DNA of 64,000 nt from a virus. Below, piece after piece: positions 39,815-48,838 of this stretch. The position numbers were made by a program, and so were the translations under genes. The number at the start of each line of letters is the position of its first letter. Within the stretch, counting starts at the first letter, position 1. The stretch is taken from the UHGV virus genome UHGV-1351279; one strand, 5' to 3'. The notes under the pieces are model-generated. The model saw only the letters and a program-made list of their open reading frames with translations, did no database searches and had not been told where the DNA came from.

Positions 39815-40954
39815 CTAAATTTTATTAATCATTTTCTGTATTGCTTCTACAAGTACTTCAATATACTTATTATACTTGCTTGGTTTTACAGTAAGGAAAT
39901 CTTCATACTCTTCAAGTAAAGCTTCAAGAACTGCTTTAAAGCCTTCATCACTTTTGATATTAGGAAAATATTCATCATAAGTAGCTTCAAAATTGTCATA
40001 GAATGTATCTTGTAATATCTTTGGAGCTATCTCATAATCAATATAATACTCTAATACATCCATAAAGTCTTTAAAAGTAGCTCTTTCAGAAAAACTTATA
40101 AGCACATTTACTGAAAACTCAGGAATAGTATTAGTAATAAAATAATCTTTCTCAACGCTTCTTTTTAGGTCTTTTTTTTTAGAGTAGATGGTACTTGGAA
40201 TTACAGGAACAAATTTTCCTGTGCTTGGAGTAACACCATAACTTTTAGAATAACTACTTACAGTACCATTACTATTATAACCAACACCATAAGTATTGTT
40301 ATTATAATTATTACCATAGGTAAAGTTACTCCCATAATTATACACAGGTACTTTCATAATGTCTTCTACAGCTTGAATGAAATCTTCTCTTAGATAAGGT
40401 CTTTCAATCTCAATATCACAGTCATAAATAACTAAGTACTGTTGGTTTTCATTATCTACACTGACACTATATTCTTGACCAAACTCATCAAGAGCTTTTG
40501 CTACTGTTTGAGAAGAGTTTGTATTGGCCACAAAACAAAGCTTAGCTACCATTTGTTCTCTGTTATTTACAATAAGAGATAAATAAATGTTATTCTTAGG
40601 AGCATTAATCTCCAAATCTCTTATATCTGTACCAGAAAAGAATGAGTCCATGTTGTTATGGCTGTGAGTTGCTCCATATAAACAATCTTCAAACTGTTCA
40701 TTTTTATTAATGAAATTCACATACCTTTCATCTACTTCATATTCTGTATAAGTAGCATTACCTTTATCTAAAGGAAGAATAGCTCTTGTAATAATTCTCA
40801 AGTTCTCAGGATTTTTTATAGAACCTTCTAAATCATAGAAAAGTAATCCCGACCATTCTACACTATTTATTCTTTTACAGAGATATGTTATCTCGCTGTA
40901 AACCTCTTTTGTAATTGTTAATTTTACTTTTGTAGATTGATTCAAATGCTTCAT
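39815..40954 (-). CDS. JAB/MPN (JAMM) metalloprotease-domain protein with an N/Y/G-rich C-terminal extension
   Basis: Complete JAMM motif: E in VEWSGLL, then HSHNNMDSFFSGTD (HxHx7Sx2D). The C-terminal 200 aa are low-complexity (YNYGSNFTYGNNYNNNTYGVGYNSNG). Confidence 0.65.
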   Translation of the reverse strand: MKHLNQSTKVKLTITKEVYSEITYLCKRINSVEWSGLLFYDLEGSIKNPENLRIITRAILPLDKGNATYTEYEVDERYVNFINKNEQFEDCLYGATHSHNNMDSFFSGTDIRDLEINAPKNNIYLSLIVNNREQMVAKLCFVANTNSSQTVAKALDEFGQEYSVSVDNENQQYLVIYDCDIEIERPYLREDFIQAVEDIMKVPVYNYGSNFTYGNNYNNNTYGVGYNSNGTVSSYSKSYGVTPSTGKFVPVIPSTIYSKKKDLKRSVEKDYFITNTIPEFSVNVLISFSERATFKDFMDVLEYYIDYEIAPKILQDTFYDNFEATYDEYFPNIKSDEGFKAVLEALLEEYEDFLTVKPSKYNKYIEVLVEAIQKMINKI

Positions 40955-42122
40955 TTTTTTGTATTTTTTCTAATCTTCTTGTTAAACATCTTTTTATATA
41001 TTCTCTTGTCTCTTTCATCAATACCAATTTTGGTGTTATAGTATCCTTTTCATCAGGAATCTCTGTAAGAACTAATGGATACTCTTTCTGTTTATAAACT
41101 AATGGTATAATATTAAGAGAACTATCAGGTAAATAGTTTTTAAATGATACATTAAAGGTATTGTTTAAATGTAATTCGTAAACATTACCTTCTAATCTAT
41201 AACATAAATAATACTTTTTGTAATTACCTAAATGCTTATTTAAAGTTTCAACTGCATATTTTTCAAATTCTTCATCAAAATCTATTTCTAATTTACTATT
41301 AGATAGAGATATATTCACATGTGCATTACTTTTCTTATAATCTTTAAATAAAGTTTTTAGGAAATCATTATCTGATACAGCATAGTTAAAACTTGCTCTA
41401 CTATAATTACTATTTGTAGCAGGTAATCTTATATTAGAGAACTTATGATAAGGCATACCAGATAAAGATTCATAATAAACAATAGTAAACATTTGGACAA
41501 AGAAGTTTGTCCAAAAATTCTCATTGTTATTTTCAGGTTCTACTGACTCTAATATAATTGTTGACAAATTACTTGTACCTAAACAGAATTTACTGAAGAA
41601 TATAGATGGTAAAGCCCTATTTTGTCTTTCACAGTAATTATGATAGGGTAAGTTTTCATAATGACTATGTCCATAAGAATAGTATTCTGCAAATGTCATT
41701 GTAGTTCTACCCCCTAAAATAGTAGTACAATAAGGTATCTCATTAGTATTTGACATTTCATATAAAACAAACAAGTCTTTTATACCATCATACTTCTCAC
41801 CATTACTATTCTCTATAGTTACTTGAGGAAATCTTGTAATAAATCCTCTAAAGTATACTCTTATCTTATTACCATTTACTAACTTATAGAAAAATAAAAA
41901 ATCCCAATTATCACCATAAATCTCATTTAGAGACTTTATTATTGGTTCTAATTTCTCTAAATAACCAATAGATATGTTTCTTTCAGGCCTATCACCATAA
42001 AACAGCTTATTTTTTTTAGATTTATCTTTTAAGTATTCATAAGGATTTTCTATTTTAAGCCTAAAATAATTAGTAAGAGATGTATCAAACAAGTCACTTT
42101 TATTTCTTTTTTCTCTGTACAT
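40875..42122 (-). CDS. hypothetical protein (415 aa) upstream of JAB, overlapping it by 80 nt
   Basis: ORF whose start abuts a terminator-like hairpin. Contains YHNYCERQNRALPSIFFSKFCLGTSNL, which is only weakly reminiscent of an E2 HPN...C motif. Confidence 0.45.
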   Translation of the reverse strand: MYREKRNKSDLFDTSLTNYFRLKIENPYEYLKDKSKKNKLFYGDRPERNISIGYLEKLEPIIKSLNEIYGDNWDFLFFYKLVNGNKIRVYFRGFITRFPQVTIENSNGEKYDGIKDLFVLYEMSNTNEIPYCTTILGGRTTMTFAEYYSYGHSHYENLPYHNYCERQNRALPSIFFSKFCLGTSNLSTIILESVEPENNNENFWTNFFVQMFTIVYYESLSGMPYHKFSNIRLPATNSNYSRASFNYAVSDNDFLKTLFKDYKKSNAHVNISLSNSKLEIDFDEEFEKYAVETLNKHLGNYKKYYLCYRLEGNVYELHLNNTFNVSFKNYLPDSSLNIIPLVYKQKEYPLVLTEIPDEKDTITPKLVLMKETREYIKRCLTRRLEKIQKNEAFESIYKSKINNYKRGLQRDNISL

Positions 42123-42132
42123 AACTTAAAAT

Positions 42133-42167
42133 AAAAAAGAAAGAAAGTGAGGTTTCCCCCACTTTCT
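42133..42167 (-). terminator. intrinsic terminator (hairpin agaaagtgagg / ccccactttct) followed on the - strand by TTCTTTTTTATTTT
   Basis: Lies between the end of the 178-aa gene (42197) and the start of the 415-aa gene (42122). Confidence 0.55.
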
Positions 42168-42196
42168 AAGCTTAATATAAAACAACTTTTATGAGT

Positions 42197-42733
42197 TTAC
42201 AATTTCTTCAAAAGCTCCAAATCATCTAAATCTTCTTTAGAAAGTCCATTAGAAACATTTACAGGCTGAGCCACTTTTATTTCTAATGATGCAGCATCTT
42301 TTGAAGGAATACCTCTTAGAAGAGTAATGATAGTGTTTAGTTTACCATTAAGGGTACTAAGAGTTTCTTCTACATCTGAAAATCTGTTGTGAAGAGATTC
42401 AAATTCTTCATCAAAGTCAATACCTTGCTTACCATCTTTCTGGGTAATGAAAAGCTTGAAATCTCCAGAAGGAATTTCAGCATTTGGAGAAGTTACTACT
42501 ACACCTTCTCCCAAAAGAACACGCATTTCATCAAATACTTGCTCCATGCTTGAACCTACATTGGCATCTCTTACAAGTGCAGATAACTCAGAGAACTTGT
42601 TATCTTTTAATTGATAAATAACTTCATCACCTTCTATACGAGTTGATGATGTTGCATTAGGGTTTACTTCAATTTTGTACTTCCCTCTGATACCTCTACC
42701 TGCGAGGATTTTTACTGTTTGTACTGTTGTCAT
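42197..42733 (-). CDS. hypothetical protein
   Basis: 178-aa ORF. Confidence 0.45.
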   Translation of the reverse strand: MTTVQTVKILAGRGIRGKYKIEVNPNATSSTRIEGDEVIYQLKDNKFSELSALVRDANVGSSMEQVFDEMRVLLGEGVVVTSPNAEIPSGDFKLFITQKDGKQGIDFDEEFESLHNRFSDVEETLSTLNGKLNTIITLLRGIPSKDAASLEIKVAQPVNVSNGLSKEDLDDLELLKKL

Positions 42734-42761
42734 GTTTTTCTTGTTTTTAAAATGTTATTAA

Positions 42762-43061
42762 TTAAATTGTTGCATCGGAAAATCTTTCCTTAATTACTTT
42801 TTCAATGAAATTCAATTTCTTGTTTAGAACTTCAAGCTCTGTTGCAGCTATGAGTTCTTTTAGGTAATCATAGGGAATTTGCTTTTGGAAGTGTTTAATA
42901 TCAGCTTCCTTTTCTGCAATTTGACCTTTTATAGAAAGCTTTTCTTCATTTAGTCTCAAATGTGCTCTCTGTGCAATTAGCTTCAAGTTTTCTACTTTAG
43001 CTTCTTTTTCATCTTTAGAAATCAATTCTAAATAGGTTTCTTGTTTGTTTACTTGTTCCAT
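42762..43061 (-). CDS. hypothetical coiled-coil protein
   Basis: 99-aa K/E-rich ORF. Confidence 0.4.
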   Translation of the reverse strand: MEQVNKQETYLELISKDEKEAKVENLKLIAQRAHLRLNEEKLSIKGQIAEKEADIKHFQKQIPYDYLKELIAATELEVLNKKLNFIEKVIKERFSDATI

Positions 43062-44053
43062 TTTGAAATGTTTTTTTTAATAAATGTTTCTAATTCTTGT
43101 TTACCTTTTTTCTTTAATAAATCAGAAGGGTCTTTGATACCTTCATTCAAAAGATTTGGGTCCAGTACAACACTACAAGCAAGGTTAGGCTTTATGTCAT
43201 TTATAATATCTTTTACTAAGTTGCTTGCTCCAATACCTGTAGCATCATTATCAAACCAGACTATTACTTTGTATTTTTGTTCTATGAGTTTTTCTAATAT
43301 GAGTCTGTTTGGTACTTGACCCTCATTTTGAAACCAACATACATTCAATCCTTGATTTTTAAGCACTCTATAATCTTTATATGACTTGGTGATAATTAAC
43401 ATACCTTTATTTTTAAATCTTCCGCCAATATCATTTTGATTACAGTTAGTAAACCATTTGTGTTCCTTGTCATAAGGTGAATAGATTTTCTTTTTGTTGT
43501 CTTTAAAATCTGTATATGCGTAGGATTGTTTAGTATTTACTGTAAATGGCTCTAAAGTATCTCTCTTAAAGCTCGAATAAGCATAGATAGGATAAACTTT
43601 GTCTTCTTTTAGTTGTTCTCTATTTATTTGGTAAGAAGACCAAAATTTAGCATCTAACTTATTCCAATCTCTTATACTTATGAAAATGTCTCTACTTGCT
43701 TTTTGAGTATTTGGGTTTTTGTATTTAACGATTGGATTATTACTAATTAATTTATTATCTAATATAAAATACTCAATGTAGCTTAAAGCTTCTTCAAAAG
43801 ATAAATTGAGACATACTTTTATAAACTCTATACAGTTTATACCTGATTTGAATGTAGCCCAATCATGAAAATATAAAATACCATTGTTATCATATAAGAA
43901 ATAGCAACCAGGTGTCTTATCTTCTCTATAAGGAGCTATATACTTATCATGTATATTGATGTCCTCTTTTATAAAGATACCAAAGATATCCTTCTGATAA
44001 TTAAAGATATAGTCAAAATCTAAGGTACTATAACCATGTTTATAACCAAACAT
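43049..44053 (-). CDS. DnaG-like protein: degenerate zinc-finger region plus TOPRIM domain
   Basis: APYREDKTPGCYFLY...YFHDWATFKSG aligns with the CPFHxEKTPSF...CFGCG zinc ribbon, but with the Cys/His ligands replaced. The TOPRIM region has VIVWFDNDATGIGAS (DxD), but the usual Glu sits as Lys in LIITKSYKDY. Confidence 0.45.
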   Translation of the reverse strand: MFGYKHGYSTLDFDYIFNYQKDIFGIFIKEDINIHDKYIAPYREDKTPGCYFLYDNNGILYFHDWATFKSGINCIEFIKVCLNLSFEEALSYIEYFILDNKLISNNPIVKYKNPNTQKASRDIFISIRDWNKLDAKFWSSYQINREQLKEDKVYPIYAYSSFKRDTLEPFTVNTKQSYAYTDFKDNKKKIYSPYDKEHKWFTNCNQNDIGGRFKNKGMLIITKSYKDYRVLKNQGLNVCWFQNEGQVPNRLILEKLIEQKYKVIVWFDNDATGIGASNLVKDIINDIKPNLACSVVLDPNLLNEGIKDPSDLLKKKGKQELETFIKKNISKWNK

Positions 44054-44084
44054 AATTTTTTGGCTACAAAGTTAGTAATTTATT

Positions 44085-44819
44085 TTAGAATGGAAAATCT
44101 CCATCTAAATTTTCTCCTGTACTTTCTTCAATTGCTTCAGGAGCAGCACTTTGCTCTACTTCATCATCAGAGAGAACTAATTGATTAAATAAAGAAGTAT
44201 TGAATAGATACTTACCATTGCTTTCAGACCTTCTGATAGGGTGCTTTTTGCCATCTTCAGTAACATACTCAAGTACATACTTTTCCTTGTCAAAGTGTTC
44301 TTTAAAATCACCCTCTACGTGAGGTACAAAAGTTTTACCCCAATAAGCTGTACCAAATATTGGAACTTCAAGGAAAGCTTGTTTATATCCTTGAGGTACT
44401 TTCTTTTGATATTGCATAAAAAGGTCTACCTTTACATTACCTACTTTACCTGTTTTATTGATAGCATTAGCTATAACAGTAATATAGCTTTTCCAGGAGT
44501 TAATAGGTTGTTTAAGAAGTTCTTTTAGGGTTTCTCTATCCATAAAACATTCTGCAAGTTCACAAATTTGCATTTGAGTTACTTCAGCTTGTTTCTGGTA
44601 CATTTCTTTACTGTTCTCAAAACTTGTGTTTTCTTTAGGTTCAAAGAAAGTAAAGAAACCATCTTTTTCTGCACCATCTAATCTATAGTTTACAGATAGT
44701 ACATCAAGACCATTTTTTGTTTGTGTTACTTCTACTTTAGTAAAAGTAGCATTTTGGTTGAGACCAAATTTACCAAAGCTTCCTGAGAACTCTTTGGCTT
44801 CTTGAAATCCAAAATTCAT
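44085..44819 (-). CDS. ssb: single-stranded DNA-binding protein with an acidic C-terminal tail
   Basis: C-terminus DDEVEQSAAPEAIEESTGENLDGDFPF matches the SSB-type acidic tail that ends in DFPF/DIPF. It lies in the replication module. Confidence 0.5.
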   Translation of the reverse strand: MNFGFQEAKEFSGSFGKFGLNQNATFTKVEVTQTKNGLDVLSVNYRLDGAEKDGFFTFFEPKENTSFENSKEMYQKQAEVTQMQICELAECFMDRETLKELLKQPINSWKSYITVIANAINKTGKVGNVKVDLFMQYQKKVPQGYKQAFLEVPIFGTAYWGKTFVPHVEGDFKEHFDKEKYVLEYVTEDGKKHPIRRSESNGKYLFNTSLFNQLVLSDDEVEQSAAPEAIEESTGENLDGDFPF

Positions 44820-44841
44820 ATATGAATAATTTATAAATTAA

Positions 44842-45153
44842 TTACGCAAATCTTGTAGGACCTCCATATACAAAAGTATTAGAAGGTACTTCTTCTACAC
44901 TTTGTTGAGCTAAAGCTTCTACTTCAGCTTGAGGTTCTGGAATGTCTTGTTCTCCTTCAGGATTAATAACTTCAGGTTCTTCTTCAATAACCCAAAGAGG
45001 TTTCCTGAATTTCCTAATCTCAAGACCTAAAGTCTTTAGGACATTTTTCATCTGAGCTACAGGCAATCCATAATGCTCTGCAAGCTCTTTCATTTTCATG
45101 CCATTGTCAATTTGTTCTTTAAGAACACTTGGCTTGATTTTAACTTGTTCCAT
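44842..45153 (-). CDS. small HTH-like protein with an acidic C-terminus
   Basis: MKELAEHYGLPVAQMKNVLKTLGL helix-turn-helix-like segment. The stop overlaps the DnaB-like gene's position. Confidence 0.35.
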   Translation of the reverse strand: MEQVKIKPSVLKEQIDNGMKMKELAEHYGLPVAQMKNVLKTLGLEIRKFRKPLWVIEEEPEVINPEGEQDIPEPQAEVEALAQQSVEEVPSNTFVYGGPTRFA

Positions 45154-46286
45154 TACTTTAAAGTATTAATATAATTATATATTCTGTTTAATTCATTTAC
45201 TTCAGTAGGTTTAGGTAATTCTGAGAAGTAGTCTACAGCTCCTAAGAAGAATAAAGGTACTTGTACTCCAGCTTCACCATCTCTTGATTTAAGTATCTGC
45301 ATAGCTCTGTAATGATTCTTTAGTTTTGTAATGTCATATCCTCCATGATTTGTTATTTTATATCTATAAGGAGCAAATAATGTCAATACATAAGAAGCAT
45401 CTCTTGTACAGGTTTTAGAGTCACCAAAGCTTGAAATTGAGGGAGTTAGCTTTTCTTCAATAGATTTTCCAGCTACATTATATTGTACTGTCTCAGCATC
45501 TAAAGCAAGCTGTTGTACTCCAACTACAGTAAATCCAAACTTATCTCTAAGCCTTAGAGCATACTTAGAAGAGAATAAATCAATAGCACTCTTTAAACTT
45601 TCTCCTTTTTCACCACTTAAAAGATTATAATTATCTACAATAACTATAACATAATGATTTGGGTGATAAGTTTTATAGTACTTTACTTTAGAGAAAGCTG
45701 TTCCAACACCTTTTCTTATGTTCTCAACCTCTTCTTTTGTAAGAGGTTTATCATTTTTATCATAATAAGTACCTATGCTTAGAGCAAAGTCCCTACATTT
45801 CTTGAATATACCTGTAGGATTAGTAATATGAGTTATGATATGTACTTTTTCTAAGAATTTATTTATATGTTCCTTAGCTTCTTCTACATACTTTATAATC
45901 TCATTAGATACAGTATTCAATCTTCCAATAGATTGTAAGTCTTTTACACTTACTATTTTCTTGTACTTATGAAATATGTATCTTGAAATCTCACTCATAA
46001 TTACTTTTTCTTCACTCTCCTCTAAAGAGAAATCAAGAATATCAACTTTTATGTCCTCTTGAGTACTCTCTATATAAGATAGGACGTTATGAATAAAGAA
46101 GTACCTTACAAACTTAGATTTACCTATAGAAGTTCCTGCACCTACTAAATAATAAGAAGCTTTCTCAACACCTGGAAGATAACTTTCTAATCTCTCAAAT
46201 CCTGCAAAAGGAATACAGTTATAATTTCCTTTATCATGGTTTTGTTTGTTAGTTTTTATCTTCTCTAATACTGTTTCAAAATTCAT
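45153..46286 (-). CDS. DnaB-family replicative helicase (RecA-like domain)
   Basis: NCIPFAGFERLESYLPGVEKASYYLVGAGTSIGKSKF (Walker A), IVIVDNYNLL (Walker B, DYLQLM-like), ALRLRDKFGFTVVGVQQL, and SISSFGDSKTCTRDAS (SDLRESGSIEQDAD-like). Confidence 0.6.
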   Translation of the reverse strand: MNFETVLEKIKTNKQNHDKGNYNCIPFAGFERLESYLPGVEKASYYLVGAGTSIGKSKFVRYFFIHNVLSYIESTQEDIKVDILDFSLEESEEKVIMSEISRYIFHKYKKIVSVKDLQSIGRLNTVSNEIIKYVEEAKEHINKFLEKVHIITHITNPTGIFKKCRDFALSIGTYYDKNDKPLTKEEVENIRKGVGTAFSKVKYYKTYHPNHYVIVIVDNYNLLSGEKGESLKSAIDLFSSKYALRLRDKFGFTVVGVQQLALDAETVQYNVAGKSIEEKLTPSISSFGDSKTCTRDASYVLTLFAPYRYKITNHGGYDITKLKNHYRAMQILKSRDGEAGVQVPLFFLGAVDYFSELPKPTEVNELNRIYNYINTLK

Positions 46287-47383
46287 TATTCTACAATTTT
46301 ATTTACATCTACATCTTCTAAAAACTTCTTTGTCCATAACTCATCTACAGTATCTTTGAGATAAAGGATATAAACATTAAGTATTTTACCTTGCCTTTTA
46401 AGTAATCCTCTACTAAGTTTTTGATAAGAATACCCTTGATTGTTACTATCACATTGAATAATTACTACATTGTCAATATCCTTATAAGTAACACCAACAG
46501 TACCTGTCTTAACCAAAGAAAGTTGGTTTATTTTACCTTCTTGAAAGGCTTTTAAATCTTTGTCAGAAGTCTTACTATTATAAGAAGGATAACCTAATAG
46601 TTTAGCTTGTTCTGTATTGGAACAAAATATTAGAGTTCTTTCTTCCTTTTTTAGAGATTGTAGTAAAGATAAAGCAGCAAAAAGCTTAGTAGGAGCATTG
46701 TAAATCAAATGCATTCTTGAGGTGTATAAGAACTTATTTATAGGCAAATGAACCTTTTTTTTGTACTCAATTACACTGGTAAGGTAACAATACTTCTCAA
46801 ACTCTGTTTGCATAAATTTCCTACCTTTTAAGCCTGATTCAATGAGTTTATCTTTACTGTTGAGTTCTAAAGGAATAAGTTTTATCTGATAATCACTAAT
46901 AATGTCTGTATTAATAGCGTCATTAATAGACATTTCTACTAAAGTTGAGAATTTGAGTTTCTCTAAAAGCTCTCTTTTATCTTTATGTTTGCTTGGGGTT
47001 CCTGTAAGTCCTAATATTGTTTCTACTTTTAAATCCCCTGTGAATAAACCTACAGAATTATTAGGTGAGAATGATTGTATCTCATCTAAAACCATAAAGT
47101 CATAAGCTCCTCTTTCTTTGTGTAGTGAGTTATAGCAAATAAATTTAGTTACCTTTAAAAGCTCTTCTGCACTCCATTTTTTAAACTCTTCAGGTGTTCC
47201 TTTATCTCTAAGCTCTTTATTAGGAGTAACCCATAAAATAGACTTGAAATTATGTTTTTTCATTATCTCTATGGCAAGTTTAGTTTTACCTACCCTCATA
47301 CCAACAAGAATGAGTTGATTTTTTCCAATCTCAAATTTATTTAGGGCTTCTTCTAATATTAATTGTCTTGGGTCTCTATCCAT
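46286..47383 (-). CDS. SF2 DNA/RNA helicase (DExx-box / ResIII-like)
   Basis: Walker A VGMRVGKT, motif II MVLDEIQ, and motif III LTGTP. Confidence 0.55.
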   Translation of the reverse strand: MDRDPRQLILEEALNKFEIGKNQLILVGMRVGKTKLAIEIMKKHNFKSILWVTPNKELRDKGTPEEFKKWSAEELLKVTKFICYNSLHKERGAYDFMVLDEIQSFSPNNSVGLFTGDLKVETILGLTGTPSKHKDKRELLEKLKFSTLVEMSINDAINTDIISDYQIKLIPLELNSKDKLIESGLKGRKFMQTEFEKYCYLTSVIEYKKKVHLPINKFLYTSRMHLIYNAPTKLFAALSLLQSLKKEERTLIFCSNTEQAKLLGYPSYNSKTSDKDLKAFQEGKINQLSLVKTGTVGVTYKDIDNVVIIQCDSNNQGYSYQKLSRGLLKRQGKILNVYILYLKDTVDELWTKKFLEDVDVNKIVE

Positions 47384-47841
47384 TCGTAATAATCATCTAA
47401 AGGTTTCTTAGTCTCATCTTTAATCAAAGATACAATATCAAAATTATCTGTGAAAAATTCATCACCAGAATATTTACCATAAGCAGTAAACCTTATGAAA
47501 TTATAACTATAAAGCTCATACTTATATAGTTCTAATCTTGCCTCTGGTATTGACAGTTTCTCTAATTGTTCTTCAGATAAATCTATAATGTAAGGTTTTT
47601 CAAGATTGGTTTCATCTTCTGTAATTACTTCTTCATCAAAGCAATAAAAGTCTACAATAGAAGTATAAAAGCACATTTTACAAAAGCTATTCATAATACC
47701 TCTTGAATCTTTCATCATATTACCAATAGCTTTTTGTTGTTCTTGTATTCTACCTATTGTGTTACCATCTATTTTGATGAGAGCATAATCACAGGTGTCC
47801 CAATCACTATCTGTAAAAGCTTTTACTATTATGTATTTCAT
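47359..47841 (-). CDS. hypothetical protein
   Basis: 160-aa ORF. Confidence 0.45.
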   Translation of the reverse strand: MKYIIVKAFTDSDWDTCDYALIKIDGNTIGRIQEQQKAIGNMMKDSRGIMNSFCKMCFYTSIVDFYCFDEEVITEDETNLEKPYIIDLSEEQLEKLSIPEARLELYKYELYSYNFIRFTAYGKYSGDEFFTDNFDIVSLIKDETKKPLDDYYEWIETQDN

Positions 47842-48470
47842 GGTATGTACAGATTAGTTAAACAATCCTTTTTTACTTCAACATCTTTTAATGATTCACC
47901 TTTTATCTTTTCGTATGTTTGTATGTTGAATGGGGTTGCAAATATATGAAAACCATTTTTACTTTTCAAGAGACCTTTTATTTTATTTTTACACATCTCA
48001 AGAGGTTCACAACGGTTTATAACATATTGTACTTTACCTAAAATATCAGTGTCTTTTGTATCAATATCTATAATCCAGTATTTTTCAATACCTAAAGATT
48101 TATCTATTGATGTAGCAGCAGTACAGCTGGTAAAAAGTTTAGATATTACTCCTTCATAAAAGTCCTCTTCTATATATCCTGATAATTTTCTAAGCATAGC
48201 ATGAGTTACTCTCTTTAAACTTTTCGGGTTTAAGTCAATCATAGCTCTTGCATTTAGAGTATTACATATAGGTATAATTTCATTTTCTAACTTATATTCT
48301 AAGTAATCTAAACTTTTTACCACATAGGATTTTACAACATTAGAGTTTTTATTAATATTACTAACCTCTTTTTTTCTTTGCATTATCTCTACATGAAAGA
48401 ATAAATCAGGATTATCAATATTAAAAACCTCTATTAATCTAAACTTTAGATTTTCAAGATTGTTTATCAT
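47838..48470 (-). CDS. candidate archaeo-eukaryotic primase (AEP)-superfamily small domain protein
   Basis: Motif I-like YWIIDIDTKD (hhhDhD) and motif II-like KSKNGFHIFATPF (sGxGxHhh), with an acidic residue downstream. Confidence 0.35.
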   Translation of the reverse strand: MINNLENLKFRLIEVFNIDNPDLFFHVEIMQRKKEVSNINKNSNVVKSYVVKSLDYLEYKLENEIIPICNTLNARAMIDLNPKSLKRVTHAMLRKLSGYIEEDFYEGVISKLFTSCTAATSIDKSLGIEKYWIIDIDTKDTDILGKVQYVINRCEPLEMCKNKIKGLLKSKNGFHIFATPFNIQTYEKIKGESLKDVEVKKDCLTNLYIP

Positions 48471-48684
48471 CTTCTTTATCTAATGCTATAAGTCTCATAA
48501 TATTAAACAACAAGGCTTGTGTTGTTGATGAATGTGCATTAATTGTTATGAAAATCTTCTCAAAAAAAGCTTTTTCTGAGAAATCTTCATAATCTGTATG
48601 AATAGCTTTTGCAAGCATTTCTGCTGATTCTTTCAATAATTGAGCAGAGCTGTTCAAGATTTGTAATTTTTCTTCTTTTTTCAT
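48454..48684 (-). CDS. hypothetical small protein
   Basis: 76-aa ORF. Confidence 0.4.
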   Translation of the reverse strand: MKKEEKLQILNSSAQLLKESAEMLAKAIHTDYEDFSEKAFFEKIFITINAHSSTTQALLFNIMRLIALDKEDDKQS

Positions 48685-48709
48685 ATTTTTTAATATTTAA
48701 AATTTATTT

Positions 48710-48838
48710 CTAATGTTTTATTATTTTAGTCATTCTTTCTAATACATCTTTTGAAGTATGACCATCAAATTCAAATAATGCTTTTTCTGTTTCTTCTAAT
48801 AGGAATTTTCCTAATTCTTGTAAATTTAATTTTTTCAT
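48710..48838 (-). CDS. unannotated small ORF (42 aa) MKKLNLQELGKFLLEETEKALFEFDGHTSKDVLERMTKIIKH
   Basis: Hand-translated. Its ATG overlaps the TGA of the upstream gene (ATGA junction). Confidence 0.3.
   Translation of the reverse strand: MKKLNLQELGKFLLEETEKALFEFDGHTSKDVLERMTKIIKH

Noticed and set aside
40875-40954. Programmed frameshift fusing the 415-aa protein to the JAB protein across their 80-nt overlap
   Set aside because: The JAB reading frame is closed by a stop six codons upstream of its ATG, so there is no extended open frame and this is a simple overlap.
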